Below the pieces are notes generated by a model that ran no database searches, was not told the origin of the DNA, and saw only the letters and a list, made by a program, of their open reading frames with translations. DNA of 34,066 bases from IMG/VR virus record IMGVR_UViG_2541047909_000004, positions 1 through 34,066 of that record; one strand, 5' to 3'. Below are positions 9,901 to 22,154 of this stretch, one piece after another. Positions within the stretch are counted from its first letter, which is position 1, and each line of letters starts with the position of its first letter. Source of the stretch: a virus. Its lineage: Duplodnaviria > Heunggongvirae > Uroviricota > Caudoviricetes. Position numbers and translations under genes: made by a program.

Positions 9901-10663
9901 TCTTCTCCTCCTCTGTTGATTGTCGCAGCCCGGATTCAAATGCCGCAGCCGCCCAGGCGGGCGGTTTAAGACCAGCCGCACGGCGCTCCATCGTTTCACG
10001 GACCTGCTGGGCAAAAATTTCCTGATAGTCGTCACCGCGTTTCGCGCACTCTTTCTCGTAGGTGCTCAGTCCGGCTTCTATCAGCATCACCGCTTCCTGA
10101 ACTTCTTTCAGACCATCGATGGCCATACGACCGGAGCCTATCCAGTCGCAGTTCCCCCAGGCACTGCGGGCTTCCTGAAAGCTGAAGCGCGCTTTTGAAG
10201 GTAACGTCACCACGCGGCGAACGATGGCCTCTTCCAGCCAGCACAGAAACATCTGGCTCGCCTGACGGGATGCGACGAATTTTCGCCGTCCCATAAAGTG
10301 CGCCCACGACTCGTTCGCGCTGGCCCGTGCCGTGGAGTAGCTCATCTGGGCGTAATTCCGGGAAAGCTGCTCATACGAGACACCCAGCCCGGCAGCGATA
10401 TACCGCAGCAGTGACTGCTCAAACACGGAGTAGCCGTTATCCGTGTCCTGAGCCGTCTGCAGGTTCAGTGAGTCACCCGGCATCAGGTGCGGCACTTTTG
10501 CGCCTCCCAGCCGGACCGGTGCGGCGGAGTAATACGCGGCAATTTCACCAATCCAGCCGGTCAGCCTTTCCCGCTGCTCCTGACTGTTCGCGCCCAGAAT
10601 AAAATCCATCGCTGACTGCGTATCCAGCTCACTTTCAATGGTGGCGGCATACATCGCCTTTAT
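9881..10663 (-). pseudogene. B: Portal protein B, C-terminal fragment (about residues 273-533)
   Basis: ...KAMYAATIESELDTQSAMDFILGANSQEQRERLTGW...EEEKSDSRAA matches the lambda portal C-terminus; homology stops at about 10663 where unrelated AT-rich DNA begins. Confidence 0.85.
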
Positions 10664-11098
10664 GAAAAGACAGGAAAAAATAAAATTTAAAAACAGTACA
10701 TTACGAATGCTCAGACCTATCGTTTAAAGGAGTCGCAATACACACTGCAATACACGATTATTTATAAGATGAGCGGCATCCGTCATAAAGCTGGTGGATG
10801 CTTTTTCTATGCATATATGCACAGTTTTAGTGGGCGTTAATGTCGATATAGGGATCCCCATATCGAGATTGGATACCTGGCTTTTTTCCGGTTAACCTTT
10901 AATCAGGCTGGTGGGCTTTACCTGTTTTGTATGAGTGGTCATCATGACCATGTCATAACAAAAACCCCATATTCGTGGTTTTTCTGTGTCGGGCTATTCT
11001 GTCGTTGCTGTGCTGATTTGACTGGTGGGCTGAATCATCATTACGGCGATGCAGCTATGTAGACGTTCCGGCCTCCTCAAATTGAGGATTGTGGAAGA

Positions 11099-11225
11099 AT
11101 CAATGGGTTAGTCTTACTTTCCCGACATCCCCCAATGGGGGTTTTCGAAACAATCAATAGCTTAGGCTTACTTCCCCGATTTCCTGCATTGCAGGTTTTC
11201 GAAATAATCAATGGGTTAGGCCATC
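11099..11225. repeat. Two and a third tandem 54-bp units, each containing a 5-bp-stem hairpin followed by GTTTTCGAAA
   Basis: Unit 1 (11099-11152) and unit 2 (11153-11206) align over their length, with stems CCCCCAATGGGGG versus CCTGCATTGCAGG; partial third unit at 11207. Confidence 0.7.
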
Positions 11226-11469
11226 GTGCAATTTTGCACTTTGCCAGCCAGCGCAATGTCGCGTTATCAGTCCTCAGATGTGAGGGATGTAGCCAGCTTT
11301 TCCCCCAGTGGGGGATATCCAGCACCGACGGCTTAACTGTGCGTGCCAGCACAAGGTAGCCTTGAACTACTTACTGCATCCCATCTTACAGGCCGTGCCT
11401 TCCTGCTTAACTTTTTGCAATGCAACAAGTCAGCCAGCGCAATTTTGCGTTATCGGGAATATCAGCAAG

Positions 11470-11751
11470 TTACCGCCGCAATCGTTCCGGCTTCTTCCAC
11501 TGGTAAGTATTTTTCGCGCTCTCCCTCCGTTGTTGAGAACGGCGACGATATGCCAGCAACTCAAGGACTCTTGTTCGTATGTTGCGCATATCCACGCCGT
11601 TAAGCTCAATACCGTCACGGCGCATCACCTCAGCCACTACACGCACATAATTATCTGCGGTCACGCTGTCCGGCTGCGTGGCCTGTTCGTCATGCTGCTT
11701 GCTGATTCCACAAGCACGGCGGATTAATCGCAGTATTTCGGATTCAGTCAT
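11470..11751 (-). CDS. Small basic protein (93 aa) downstream of terS-like gene, function unknown
   Basis: ORF starting 11 nt after the terS-like stop; no clear SD; Arg-rich C-terminus. Confidence 0.45.
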   Translation of the reverse strand: MTESEILRLIRRACGISKQHDEQATQPDSVTADNYVRVVAEVMRRDGIELNGVDMRNIRTRVLELLAYRRRSQQRRESAKNTYQWKKPERLRR

Positions 11752-11762
11752 AGCGTACTACG

Positions 11763-12305
11763 TTACTTATCTTTATTCGGCTGCAACTTATCCGGTACGT
11801 TTCCGGCAGTTTCCATCAGATAATCGGACAGCATCAGCGGTATGTTTTCGTCAAGTTTTGCGCATGCGTTACAGGCTCTGATAACTTCTTTTTTCAGTCC
11901 ATCCAGCATAGACGGCTTCATGTCGGGAAACTTCCTTGTCATGGCAAGCGGCAGGCTGTCCATGATTGAAGAAATCTGACTCGCCAATTTTGAAAGCACG
12001 TATATACAAAACGCTGTATCAATAACGTCGCCGCGTTCGCGCTCGTTTTTAAGCTCCTGCGCCTCTGCCTGTGCTGTCAGCAATCTGATCCTGACTCGTA
12101 GGAGTTCATCATCATCAATCTCGCCTTTGTCGTCTGTAATCTGGTTAATTGCATTGCTAACCCGATTGTCTATTACGCTGGCAACATCATAAAACGCCTC
12201 GCGGCCTTTACGTTCAACGGGAGTCACTCCCCACTTGTCGAACGCTGTCGCACTTACACGGCAGCTTTGCGCCATGTTTTTTTTGTTCATCAGGTGCGAT
12301 TTCAT
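11763..12305 (-). CDS. Terminase small subunit homologue (Nu1-like), second copy in the window
   Basis: ...LLTAQAEAQELKNERERGDVIDTAFCIYVLSKLASQISSIMDSLPLAMTRKFPDM... parallels Nu1 ...LTRAQADAQELKNARDSAEVVETAFCTFVLSRIAGEIASILDGIPLSVQRRFPEL...; start uncertain (ATG at 12305, 12290 or 12275). Confidence 0.75.
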   Translation of the reverse strand: MKSHLMNKKNMAQSCRVSATAFDKWGVTPVERKGREAFYDVASVIDNRVSNAINQITDDKGEIDDDELLRVRIRLLTAQAEAQELKNERERGDVIDTAFCIYVLSKLASQISSIMDSLPLAMTRKFPDMKPSMLDGLKKEVIRACNACAKLDENIPLMLSDYLMETAGNVPDKLQPNKDK

Positions 12306-12438
12306 CAATATCCCCACTTAAGTAATGTTTCAGGTTGGTGTATTGGCTTTATCTTTTCCTTTTTATTCATAGAGATAGAGCGAGCAACAAAACCACCACC
12401 AGCACCCGAAAAAGGCTCATAAATAGCGAAAACCCGCG

Positions 12439-12450
12439 AGGTCGCCGCCC
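12439..12450. other. Second cosN-like site (AGGTCGCCGCCC) within a ~65-bp block near-identical to the prophage cos
   Basis: 12418-12482 matches 18063-18127 except GTAGCCTACCGG versus GTAACCTGTCGG; sequence between cosN and the adjacent terS gene is unrelated between the two copies. Confidence 0.8.
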
Positions 12451-12506
12451 CGTAGCCTACCGGATCGCCGGAAAGGACCCGCCAGCCAGAACGGGCCCTA
12501 ATTTCA

Positions 12507-12890
12507 TCAACCAATCAACTTATAGCGACCATCCCGTGCATTGCGACGTACACGCTCAATCTTGAGGCATAGCGCCGCATCTGGCTTTTTTGGGACAGGT
12601 ACGCGGCAATATTCAGAAGATCGAGGAATATTGTTTATCCAGTCGATCACTTCACTTAAATACCAGGCCTTACGCCCTTCCGTAACCTGTACGCGTTCGG
12701 GGAACTCTCCGCGAGCCTCAAGGTTTAGCAATGTGCGACGGCTAAGGGTAGTAAGTTCCATCACCTGATTCATATCAACAAGGCGTTCACTTAAACGCAT
12801 TTTGTCAGCAATAGCCTTTAATTCCTCTACTGCTGGATCCGGATACATCATTTCGGCAATTGGCTTAAGGTCATTGTAATGATTCTGCAT
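12507..12890 (-). CDS. AlpA-like helix-turn-helix regulator (127 aa)
   Basis: Central motif ...LTTLSRRTLLNLEARGEFPERVQVTEGRKAWYLSEVIDWI... resembles the AlpA/excisionase-type HTH; SD AAGGGGGAT before the ATG at 12890. Confidence 0.6.
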   Translation of the reverse strand: MQNHYNDLKPIAEMMYPDPAVEELKAIADKMRLSERLVDMNQVMELTTLSRRTLLNLEARGEFPERVQVTEGRKAWYLSEVIDWINNIPRSSEYCRVPVPKKPDAALCLKIERVRRNARDGRYKLIG

Positions 12891-12901
12891 TGTATCCCCC
12901 T

Positions 12902-13243
12902 TTACACACGAGCCAGCGGCTGAACAGAAATACCTGAGCCAACAAACGCGGCAACCTTTGCCGACAGTTCTTTTACAGACTCAGGCCAGTTCAGAGCATC
13001 AACATTTAAAACACCTGTCTTATAAACCTGTGCCTGTGTTTTTTTCGCTGTGTCGATTTGTACAGCGGAAACATAAACCGCTTTACCTACGCTCGAACCA
13101 TCCCATACCACCAGTGCACCTGTTGCATCTTCCTGCATCAGTGGCGTAAATGCAGGAATTACCCCTTTATTAGCTGAAAATATCCCCAGCGTAGTCACCA
13201 GTGCTTCAGTGCCAGCCATGAGTTCAGTGTAATGAGTAGCCAT
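12902..13243 (-). CDS. Head decoration protein homologue (gpD-like, diverged)
   Basis: ...ALVVWDGSSVGKAVYVSAVQIDTAKKTQAQVYKTGVLNVDALNWPESV... parallels lambda D ...[47 protein letters not shown]...; SD AAGGGGGAG. Confidence 0.7.
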   Translation of the reverse strand: MATHYTELMAGTEALVTTLGIFSANKGVIPAFTPLMQEDATGALVVWDGSSVGKAVYVSAVQIDTAKKTQAQVYKTGVLNVDALNWPESVKELSAKVAAFVGSGISVQPLARV

Positions 13244-13252
13244 TGCTCCCCC

Positions 13253-14299
13253 TTAGCCAATGCGAACGGTAACAAAACGATTGATGCGGGCCGGTATTGG
13301 CTGTGGTGCTGAATGTGTCTGCACATATTCAATAGCCGGATCACCAGGCACAATATAGTTTTTCGGTGCAAGTTCGGCTTTAGTCAGCCCCATTCGGATT
13401 AGCTCCGGATCCTGAATACCGCCATAGGCGACAATCCCCTGAAGAGCCGTATTGCCAAGCACCATCAAATCAGGATCAAGGAAATGTTTTTCTGTTCCGT
13501 CCTCGTCGGTATAACGCCCGCTGTAAACAACAATCGCAACATCGCCCATATACCCTTTAAAACTCACCGAATCACCAAGGTCTTTAAGGGCCGTTTCCAG
13601 TTCGGAATTAGAACCACGACGGGTATCCAAAGCCTCTTTTATCGCTCTGAATGAACGGTATTTCTTCCATACATTACCACCCATAATGATGATATTAGTG
13701 ACGCCCTCACTAAATTCTGCGTAGCTCTCAATATCATCATTTGGATCAAAAGTTTCTTTATCCTTACCTGACCACTCAGTACCGCCAGACTGAGTGATGA
13801 TATTTTGTGGTTTTATATTCCAGTCCAGCTCATAACGTTCAATACCATCGCCCTCAATGATATTTTTCCCCGTTGTGATTGCCTGAACAGCAAGCCATTC
13901 AATACGTGCACGAATAGCTTTAGCCTGATTTACAATCGCCTGTTTAACTTTAATATTACGCGCCCCAAAAGCATTGTATTGCTCAGGTGACACACCAGCA
14001 GGGCGCACAGCTAACTTATTTGGATCAATGCTGCTTTTCGGCTTCATATAACCTGGACGAATTGTTTTTGATTCGTATCCCTCATCTCGTGAAACTTTAC
14101 TGCCCACCATAGGAGAGCAAAACGCCGCGATCGGGATATTTGGATCGTCGATCGTATCAAGAATAATGTCTCTCGATTCAAACATTACCGAGCGAGTGAA
14201 AAACAAACTGGTAAACAACGCATTTAATTTTTTTTGCACATCTTCAGCATTAGCCACCTGCACAAGCTGTGTAGGCGAATATAAATCAACCATACTCAT
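13253..14299 (-). CDS. Major capsid protein homologue (gpE-like, diverged)
   Basis: MSMVDLYSPTQL... start aligns with lambda [11 protein letters not shown]; shared motifs NIITQSGGTEWS, LDTRRGSNSELETA, GDVAIVVYSG; the upstream extension of the ORF to 14380 is probably not translated. Confidence 0.75.
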   Translation of the reverse strand: MSMVDLYSPTQLVQVANAEDVQKKLNALFTSLFFTRSVMFESRDIILDTIDDPNIPIAAFCSPMVGSKVSRDEGYESKTIRPGYMKPKSSIDPNKLAVRPAGVSPEQYNAFGARNIKVKQAIVNQAKAIRARIEWLAVQAITTGKNIIEGDGIERYELDWNIKPQNIITQSGGTEWSGKDKETFDPNDDIESYAEFSEGVTNIIIMGGNVWKKYRSFRAIKEALDTRRGSNSELETALKDLGDSVSFKGYMGDVAIVVYSGRYTDEDGTEKHFLDPDLMVLGNTALQGIVAYGGIQDPELIRMGLTKAELAPKNYIVPGDPAIEYVQTHSAPQPIPARINRFVTVRIG

Positions 14300-14510
14300 C
14301 CTCTTTACATTCATTACAAATAATTGTGAATATATTCTATTACCGATGTCTGCTATGCGAATACATGCAATCAAGTGCAATGTTGTATAAAATATGCCGT
14401 AACAACTTCAGTGCTGATAATTCGTGTTAATGTATTTACTTCCTTTGGTCGGGATTTATGTAGCATGCCGGAAAATCTATTTTTTTCCGGCATCTTTTTG
14501 TTTGCAGAAT

Positions 14511-14787
14511 TTAAAACGGTATATTATCGCCGTACGGATCATCATTCCCCGACTGTTGTTTTGCCCTGTTCAGTGCGTCAGTGGCCTGCCCCTGCTGGCC
14601 TTTTTTGCCGCCCGGTCGCGCCGTTCGCGCACTGATTACGCTGTCTGCGATAACCTGCCAGCCCCGCCGCGTTTCGCCGTTCTGGCCTGTCCACTGGCTT
14701 ACCTGCATGTTACCCGCCACGCTCACCAGTTCGCCTTTGTGGTGTTTTGCCAGTGCGTCGGCCTGTCTGCCAAACGCCAGGACGGAT
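14511..14787 (-). pseudogene. ssb: Single-stranded DNA-binding protein (SSB) C-terminal fragment
   Basis: ...GELVSVAGNMQVSQWTGQNGETRRGWQVIADSV...DDPYGDNIPF with the SSB-type acidic tail; N-terminal OB-fold half missing, cut at the junction with B. Confidence 0.65.
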
Positions 14788-17360
<2,573 letters not shown>

Positions 17361-17386
<26 letters not shown>

Positions 17387-17906
17387 TCAGCAACCCCGGT
17401 ATCAGTTCATCCAGCGCGGCTGCTTTGTTCATGGCTTTGATGATATCCCGTTTCAGGAAATCAACATGTCGGTTTTCCAGTTCCGGAAAACGCCGCTGCA
17501 CCGACAGGGGGATCCCGTCGAGAATACTGGCAATTTCACCTGCGATCCGCGACAGCACGAAAGTACAGAATGCGGTTTCCACCACTTCAGCGGAGTCTCT
17601 GGCATTCTTCAGTTCCTGTGCGTCGGCCTGCGCACGCGTAAGTCGATGGCGTTCGTACTCAATAGTTCCTGGCTGGAGATCTGCCTCGCTGGCCTGCCGC
17701 AGTTCTTCAACCTCCCGGCGCAGCTTTTCGTTCTCAATTTCAGCATCCCTTTCGGCATACCATTTTATGACGGCGGCAGAGTCATAAAGCACCTCATTAC
17801 CCTTGCCACCGCCTCGCAGAACGGGCATTCCCTGTTCCTGCCAGTTCTGAATGGTACGGATACTCGCACCGAAAATGTCAGCCAGCTGCTTTTTGTTGAC
17901 TTCCAT
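17361..17906 (-). CDS. Nu1: Terminase small subunit Nu1
   Basis: 181 aa, MEVNKKQLADIFGASIRTIQNWQEQGMPVLRGGGKGNEVLYD... as in lambda. Confidence 0.9.
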
Positions 17907-18083
17907 TGTTCATTCCACGGACAAAAACAGAGAAAGGAAACGACAGAGGCCAAAAAGCTCGCTTTCAGCACCTGTCGTTTCCTTTCTTTTCAGAGGGTAT
18001 TTTAAATAAAAACATTAAGTTATGACGAAGAAGAACGGATACGCCTTAAACCGGAAATTTTTCATAAATAGCGAAAACCCGCG

Positions 18084-18095
18084 AGGTCGCCGCCC
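18084..18095. other. cosN cohesive-end site of the prophage (within lambda-like cos)
   Basis: AGGTCGCCGCCC (reverse complement of GGGCGGCGACCT) flanked by lambda left-end and right-end sequence, about 180 bp upstream of Nu1. Confidence 0.85.
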
Positions 18096-18294
18096 CGTAA
18101 CCTGTCGGATCGCCGGAAAGGACCCGCAAAATGATAATAATTATCATCTACATGTCACAACGTGCATCTACGCCATCAAACCACGTCAAATAATCAATTA
18201 TGACGCAGGTATCGTATTAATTGATCTGCATCAACTTAACGTAAAAACAACTTCAGACAATACAAATCAGCGACACTGAATACGGGGCAACCTC

Positions 18295-18489
18295 ATGTCA
18301 ACGAAGAACAGAACCCGCAGAACAACAACCCGCAACATCCGCTTTCCTAACCAAATGATTGAACAAATTAACATCGCTCTTGAGCAAAAAGGGTCTGGGA
18401 ATTTCTCAGCCTGGGTCATTGAAGCCTGCCGTCGGAGACTAACGTCAGAAAAGAGAGCATATACATCAATCCAAAGTGATGATGGATGA
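18295..18489 (+). CDS. Small phage protein (64 aa), YlcI/DUF3950-like
   Basis: ORF between cos and bor; family assignment by recall only. Confidence 0.5.
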   Translation: MSTKNRTRRTTTRNIRFPNQMIEQINIALEQKGSGNFSAWVIEACRRRLTSEKRAYTSIQSDDG

Positions 18490-18850
18490 ACATCCCGGTT
18501 TCTTCCACCATCGCACCGGAAAAGCGACTATGAGGGTAACCCTGCGTCTGTCAGCACAGTAAAACCCGGTGTGCATCGTTTTTGATTATTCCCGCACACT
18601 CACGCAGAAGGAATTCCCCGTCGGGCTACGGTCATGGTTAATGCGGGAATACGGCGACGATACAGCGCAGCTAAAAGGGTAATGGACAGATAGAGCGGTT
18701 TATTTCATTCCACAGGATTCTGAGTGCCCCCCCCTCCTCCAATAGGCTGAGCATCCACCTATATAGTTTTAATTTTCATCAATCCATTTAACTATCGTTT
18801 AATTGTTGTCACATAGGATTCTGCCGTTTTTAACAATGCAGGATAATAAG

Positions 18851-19144
18851 ATGAAAAAAATGTTGTTTTCTGCCGCTCTGGCAATGCTTATTACAGGATG
18901 TGCTCAACAGACGTTTACTGTTGGAAACAAACCGACAGCAGTAACACCAAAGGAAACCATCACCCATCATTTCTTCGTTTCGGGAATTGGACAGGAGAAA
19001 ACTGTTGATGCAGCCAAAATTTGTGGCGGCGCAGAAAATGTTGTTAAAACAGAAACCCAGCAAACATTCGTAAATGGATTTCTCGGTTTTATTACTTTAG
19101 GCATTTATACTCCGCTGGAAGCGCGTGTGTATTGCTCACAATAA
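18851..19144 (+). CDS. bor: Bor lipoprotein (serum resistance)
   Basis: MKKMLFSAALAMLITGCAQQ... lipobox LITGC; 97 aa; opposite strand to late genes as in lambda. Confidence 0.9.
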   Translation: MKKMLFSAALAMLITGCAQQTFTVGNKPTAVTPKETITHHFFVSGIGQEKTVDAAKICGGAENVVKTETQQTFVNGFLGFITLGIYTPLEARVYCSQ

Positions 19145-19175
19145 TTGCATGAGTTGCCCATCGATATGGGCAGCT

Positions 19176-19637
19176 CTATCTGCACTGCTCATTAATATAC
19201 TTCTGGGTTCCTTCCAGTTGTTTTTGCATAGTGATCAGCCTCTCTCTGAGGGTGAAATAATCCCGTTCAGCGGTGTCTGCCAGTCGGGGGGAGGCTGCAT
19301 TATCCACGCCGGAGGCGGTGGTGGCTTCACGCACTGACTGACAGACTGCTTTGATGTGCAACCGACGACGACCAGCGGCAACATCATCACGCAGAGCATC
19401 ATTTTCAGCTTTCGCATCAGCTAACTCCTTCGTGTATTTTGCATCGAGCGCAGCAACATCACGCTGACGCATCTGCATGTCAGTAATTGCCGCGTTCGCC
19501 AGCTTCAGTTCTCTGGCATTTTTGTCGCGCTGGGCTTTGTAGGTAATGGCGTTATCACGGTAATGATTAACAGCCCATGACAGGCAGACGATGATGCAGA
19601 TAACCAGAGCGGAGATAATCGCGGTTACTCTGTTCAT
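19176..19637 (-). CDS. Rz: Spanin inner-membrane subunit Rz
   Basis: [44 protein letters not shown]... 153 aa; ATG overlaps the R stop. Confidence 0.9.
   Translation of the reverse strand: MNRVTAIISALVICIIVCLSWAVNHYRDNAITYKAQRDKNARELKLANAAITDMQMRQRDVAALDAKYTKELADAKAENDALRDDVAAGRRRLHIKAVCQSVREATTASGVDNAASPRLADTAERDYFTLRERLITMQKQLEGTQKYINEQCR
19235..19417 (-). CDS. Rz1: Spanin outer-membrane lipoprotein Rz1 (embedded in Rz, +1 frame)
   Basis: 60 aa, ...[19 protein letters not shown]...[29 protein letters not shown]. Confidence 0.85.
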   Translation of the reverse strand: MRKLKMMLCVMMLPLVVVGCTSKQSVSQCVKPPPPPAWIMQPPPDWQTPLNGIISPSERG

Positions 19638-20131
19638 TGCTGACCCCACAAACAGATTTCACGCTCAATCTCACGACGAGTCATGAGACCTTTCCATTGC
19701 TTACCGCCAGCATATGTCCAGCGACGTAGCTGATCACATGCGCCTTTGATATCGCCCTGGTTTATTTTGCGAAGAAGCGTCGATGTTCTGAAATTGCCAG
19801 CACCCACGTTGTAAACGAATGAGTAAAGAGCGCCGCGCATTGTTTCCGGTATATCGACTTTGATGTACGGGTTAATTTGTCTGGCGACCGTGGCAAGGTC
19901 TTTATTCAGGAGGGCTTTGCATTCTGCTTTGGTATACGTTTTACCGAGCATGATGTCTTTTCCTGTATGCCCGTGACATACAGTCCATACACCAACAATA
20001 TCTTTGTATGGTATGTAGCTGACACCTTCCAGACCATCGTTACCACTTGGGCCAGTGATTAACACTGATGCTATAGCAATTGCTCCGCCACCAATAGCAG
20101 CAGCAACGGCTTTTCGTAATGATGGAGGCAT
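19634..20131 (-). CDS. R: SAR endolysin (phage-21-type lysozyme)
   Basis: 165 aa, [44 protein letters not shown]... N-terminal signal-anchor-release domain. Confidence 0.85.
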   Translation of the reverse strand: MPPSLRKAVAAAIGGGAIAIASVLITGPSGNDGLEGVSYIPYKDIVGVWTVCHGHTGKDIMLGKTYTKAECKALLNKDLATVARQINPYIKVDIPETMRGALYSFVYNVGAGNFRTSTLLRKINQGDIKGACDQLRRWTYAGGKQWKGLMTRREIEREICLWGQQ

Positions 20132-20346
20132 TATTCACCTCTCGCAGCCTTGCGCTTATCTTCTTTAATCTTGAAATAAAGGTTTGTCAGGTACGTCAGC
20201 AGGCCAAATACCAGGCTACCCAGCACACCTATTGCTGCCCACTGTGAGGGCGTGACTTTATCGAGCAGCTGTAAAAACCAGTAACCGGCACTACCTGCTG
20301 AGGTGCCATAGGCGACACCCGTTGTTAACTTATCCATGGATTTCAT
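20131..20346 (-). CDS. S: Pinholin (S21-type), dual-start motif MKSMDK
   Basis: 71 aa with two transmembrane segments; directly upstream of the SAR endolysin. Confidence 0.85.
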
Positions 20347-20471
20347 AACCCCACCTCGCAGACAAAGCGGGTGTAAATTAAGGGGATATTACGTATCGCA
20401 ATAAAGGCAGAAACGTAACAGATTCGGAGTCAGTGAATAACTCAGGTATTGGGTTATCAGCTAATATCGAG

Positions 20472-20508
20472 ACTCAAAAAATGGAAAAACCCGCTCGACG
20501 GCGGGTTT
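20472..20508 (-). terminator. Rho-independent terminator upstream of S (candidate late tR')
   Basis: Minus-strand AAACCCGC/GCGGGTTT stem followed by TTTTCCATTTTTTGAG, about 140 bp upstream of the S start. Confidence 0.6.
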
Positions 20509-20934
20509 AAGCTGTGTGACGAAGTAACCACTCTTAACAGCATAACCAATTTTTTACGTACGTAAACTACTAAATGATATTTGTGAGAATGCCACCGAGT
20601 GTTCAAAACACCACCACAAATACATAAGAAAACTTCAACAAATAATCAGTTAATAATTTCCGATGTTATTTTTAGTTTGTTTAAATTAAGCTAAAGAATT
20701 ATAGAGCACTTATAAATAAGTGCCATTAATATAAATTAGCTAATAGATTTATTTTTGTTCAGACAAGAGCCATGAATAGGATTAGATAGAAAAGGTTCAG
20801 ATAAAAATAGAGATCTACTTCACAAATTAAATGAGAAACTAAAACTTACATCTTGAAATAATCACATTGATTAGATGAATATTTATCGCGCAGTGACATC
20901 ATTTTTTAATAATAGTTCAAAAAAAGGGCGTACA

Positions 20935-22017
20935 ATGAAAAAATTAACAGTGGCAATTTCTGCTGTAGCTGCATCAGTACTGATGGCGATGTCTGCTCAG
21001 GCAGCTGAAATTTATAATAAAGACAGTAACAAGCTGGATCTATACGGGAAAGTTAATGCCAAGCACTACTTCTCCTCTAATGATGCAGATGATGGTGATA
21101 CTACTTATGCCCGTCTTGGCTTCAAAGGTGAAACCCAAATCAACGATCAACTGACTGGTTTCGGTCAGTGGGAATATGAATTCAAAGGCAACCGTGCTGA
21201 ATCTCAAGGTTCTTCCAAAGACAAAACCCGTCTTGCATTTGCAGGCCTGAAATTTGGTGATTACGGCTCCATCGATTACGGCCGTAACTACGGTGTAGCA
21301 TACGACATCGGTGCGTGGACTGACGTTCTGCCAGAATTCGGTGGTGATACCTGGACCCAAACAGATGTGTTCATGACTGGTCGCACTACTGGTGTTGCAA
21401 CTTATCGTAACAACGACTTCTTTGGTCTGGTCGATGGCCTGAACTTTGCTGCTCAGTATCAGGGTAAAAATGACCGCACTGACGTAACTGAAGCCAATGG
21501 TGATGGTTTCGGTTTCTCCACTACTTATGAGTATGAAGGATTCGGCGTGGGTGCAACCTATGCTAAATCAGATCGCACTGACGGTCAGGTCGCCTATGGT
21601 AAGAGCAAATTCAATGCCTCCGGCAAAAATGCGGAAGTATGGGCTGCAGGCCTGAAATATGATGCGAACAATATCTATCTGGCTACCACATATTCTGAAA
21701 CTCAGAATATGACCGTTTTTGGTAATAACCATATTGCAAACAAAGCACAAAACTTTGAAGCAGTAGCACAATATCAGTTTGACTTCGGTCTGCGCCCATC
21801 TGTTGCTTACCTTCAGTCAAAAGGTAAAGACCTTGGTGTTCATGGTGACCGAGACTTAGTCAAGTATGTCGATGTCGGTGCTACTTACTACTTTAATAAA
21901 AACATGTCTACTTTTGTTGATTACAAAATCAACTTAATTGACGATAGTAAGTTTACCAAAACAGCTGGTATTGATACCGACGACATCGTCGCTGTAGGTC
22001 TGGTTTATCAGTTCTAA
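20935..22017 (+). CDS. nmpC: Outer membrane porin (OmpC/OmpF family; NmpC/Lc-like phage porin)
   Basis: 360 aa with signal peptide [38 protein letters not shown] start of mature porin and C-terminal ...VGLVYQF. Confidence 0.85.
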   Translation: MKKLTVAISAVAASVLMAMSAQAAEIYNKDSNKLDLYGKVNAKHYFSSNDADDGDTTYARLGFKGETQINDQLTGFGQWEYEFKGNRAESQGSSKDKTRLAFAGLKFGDYGSIDYGRNYGVAYDIGAWTDVLPEFGGDTWTQTDVFMTGRTTGVATYRNNDFFGLVDGLNFAAQYQGKNDRTDVTEANGDGFGFSTTYEYEGFGVGATYAKSDRTDGQVAYGKSKFNASGKNAEVWAAGLKYDANNIYLATTYSETQNMTVFGNNHIANKAQNFEAVAQYQFDFGLRPSVAYLQSKGKDLGVHGDRDLVKYVDVGATYYFNKNMSTFVDYKINLIDDSKFTKTAGIDTDDIVAVGLVYQF

Positions 22018-22027
22018 TCTGACTTAC

Positions 22028-22068
22028 GAAAAAGATATGTTGCGGGAGGCTTTGCCTCCGCAACATAT
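22028..22068 (-). terminator. Hairpin with T-run on the minus strand (terminator after Q operon)
   Basis: ATATGTTGCGGGAGGC/CCTCCGCAACATAT stem; A-run on plus equals U-run for the minus-strand transcript. Confidence 0.5.
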
Positions 22069-22154
22069 AAGTGGAGCCCTCAAGCCACTTCCTTTAGAAG
22101 CACTACCTTGCTTCTTACTATATAAACCTTCTGTTATATATTACCCTTTATTTT

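Larger units (their letters stand above)
10664..14787. other. Foreign ~4.1-kb module replacing the middle of portal gene B (satellite-like packaging/capsid module)
   Basis: Bounded by B C-terminal homology (ends ~10663) and B N-terminal homology (starts ~14788); carries ssb fragment, E-like and D-like genes, AlpA-like gene, cos-like site, Nu1-like gene and a repeat-rich noncoding arm. Confidence 0.8.

Noticed and set aside
10853-10858. BamHI site (GGATCC) as a sign of an engineered construct
   Set aside because: A single 6-bp site is expected by chance and sits in the centre of a natural-looking imperfect palindrome; no vector backbone, polylinker or selectable marker elsewhere in the window
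11099-11225. Possible CRISPR array
   Set aside because: Only about 2.3 units of 54 bp with no repeat-spacer alternation (the whole unit is conserved) and no cas genes in the window
12305-12514. 69-aa minus-strand ORF spanning the second cos site
   Set aside because: Runs straight across the conserved cos block and overlaps both neighbouring genes; a gene is unlikely to sit across the cohesive-end site
14710-14787. Treating the 25 codons after the B junction (IRPGVWQTGRRTGKTPQRRTGERGG) as a genuine alternative portal C-terminus
   Set aside because: Arg/Gly-rich read-through into the ssb fragment in a different frame; it is the tail created by the recombination junction
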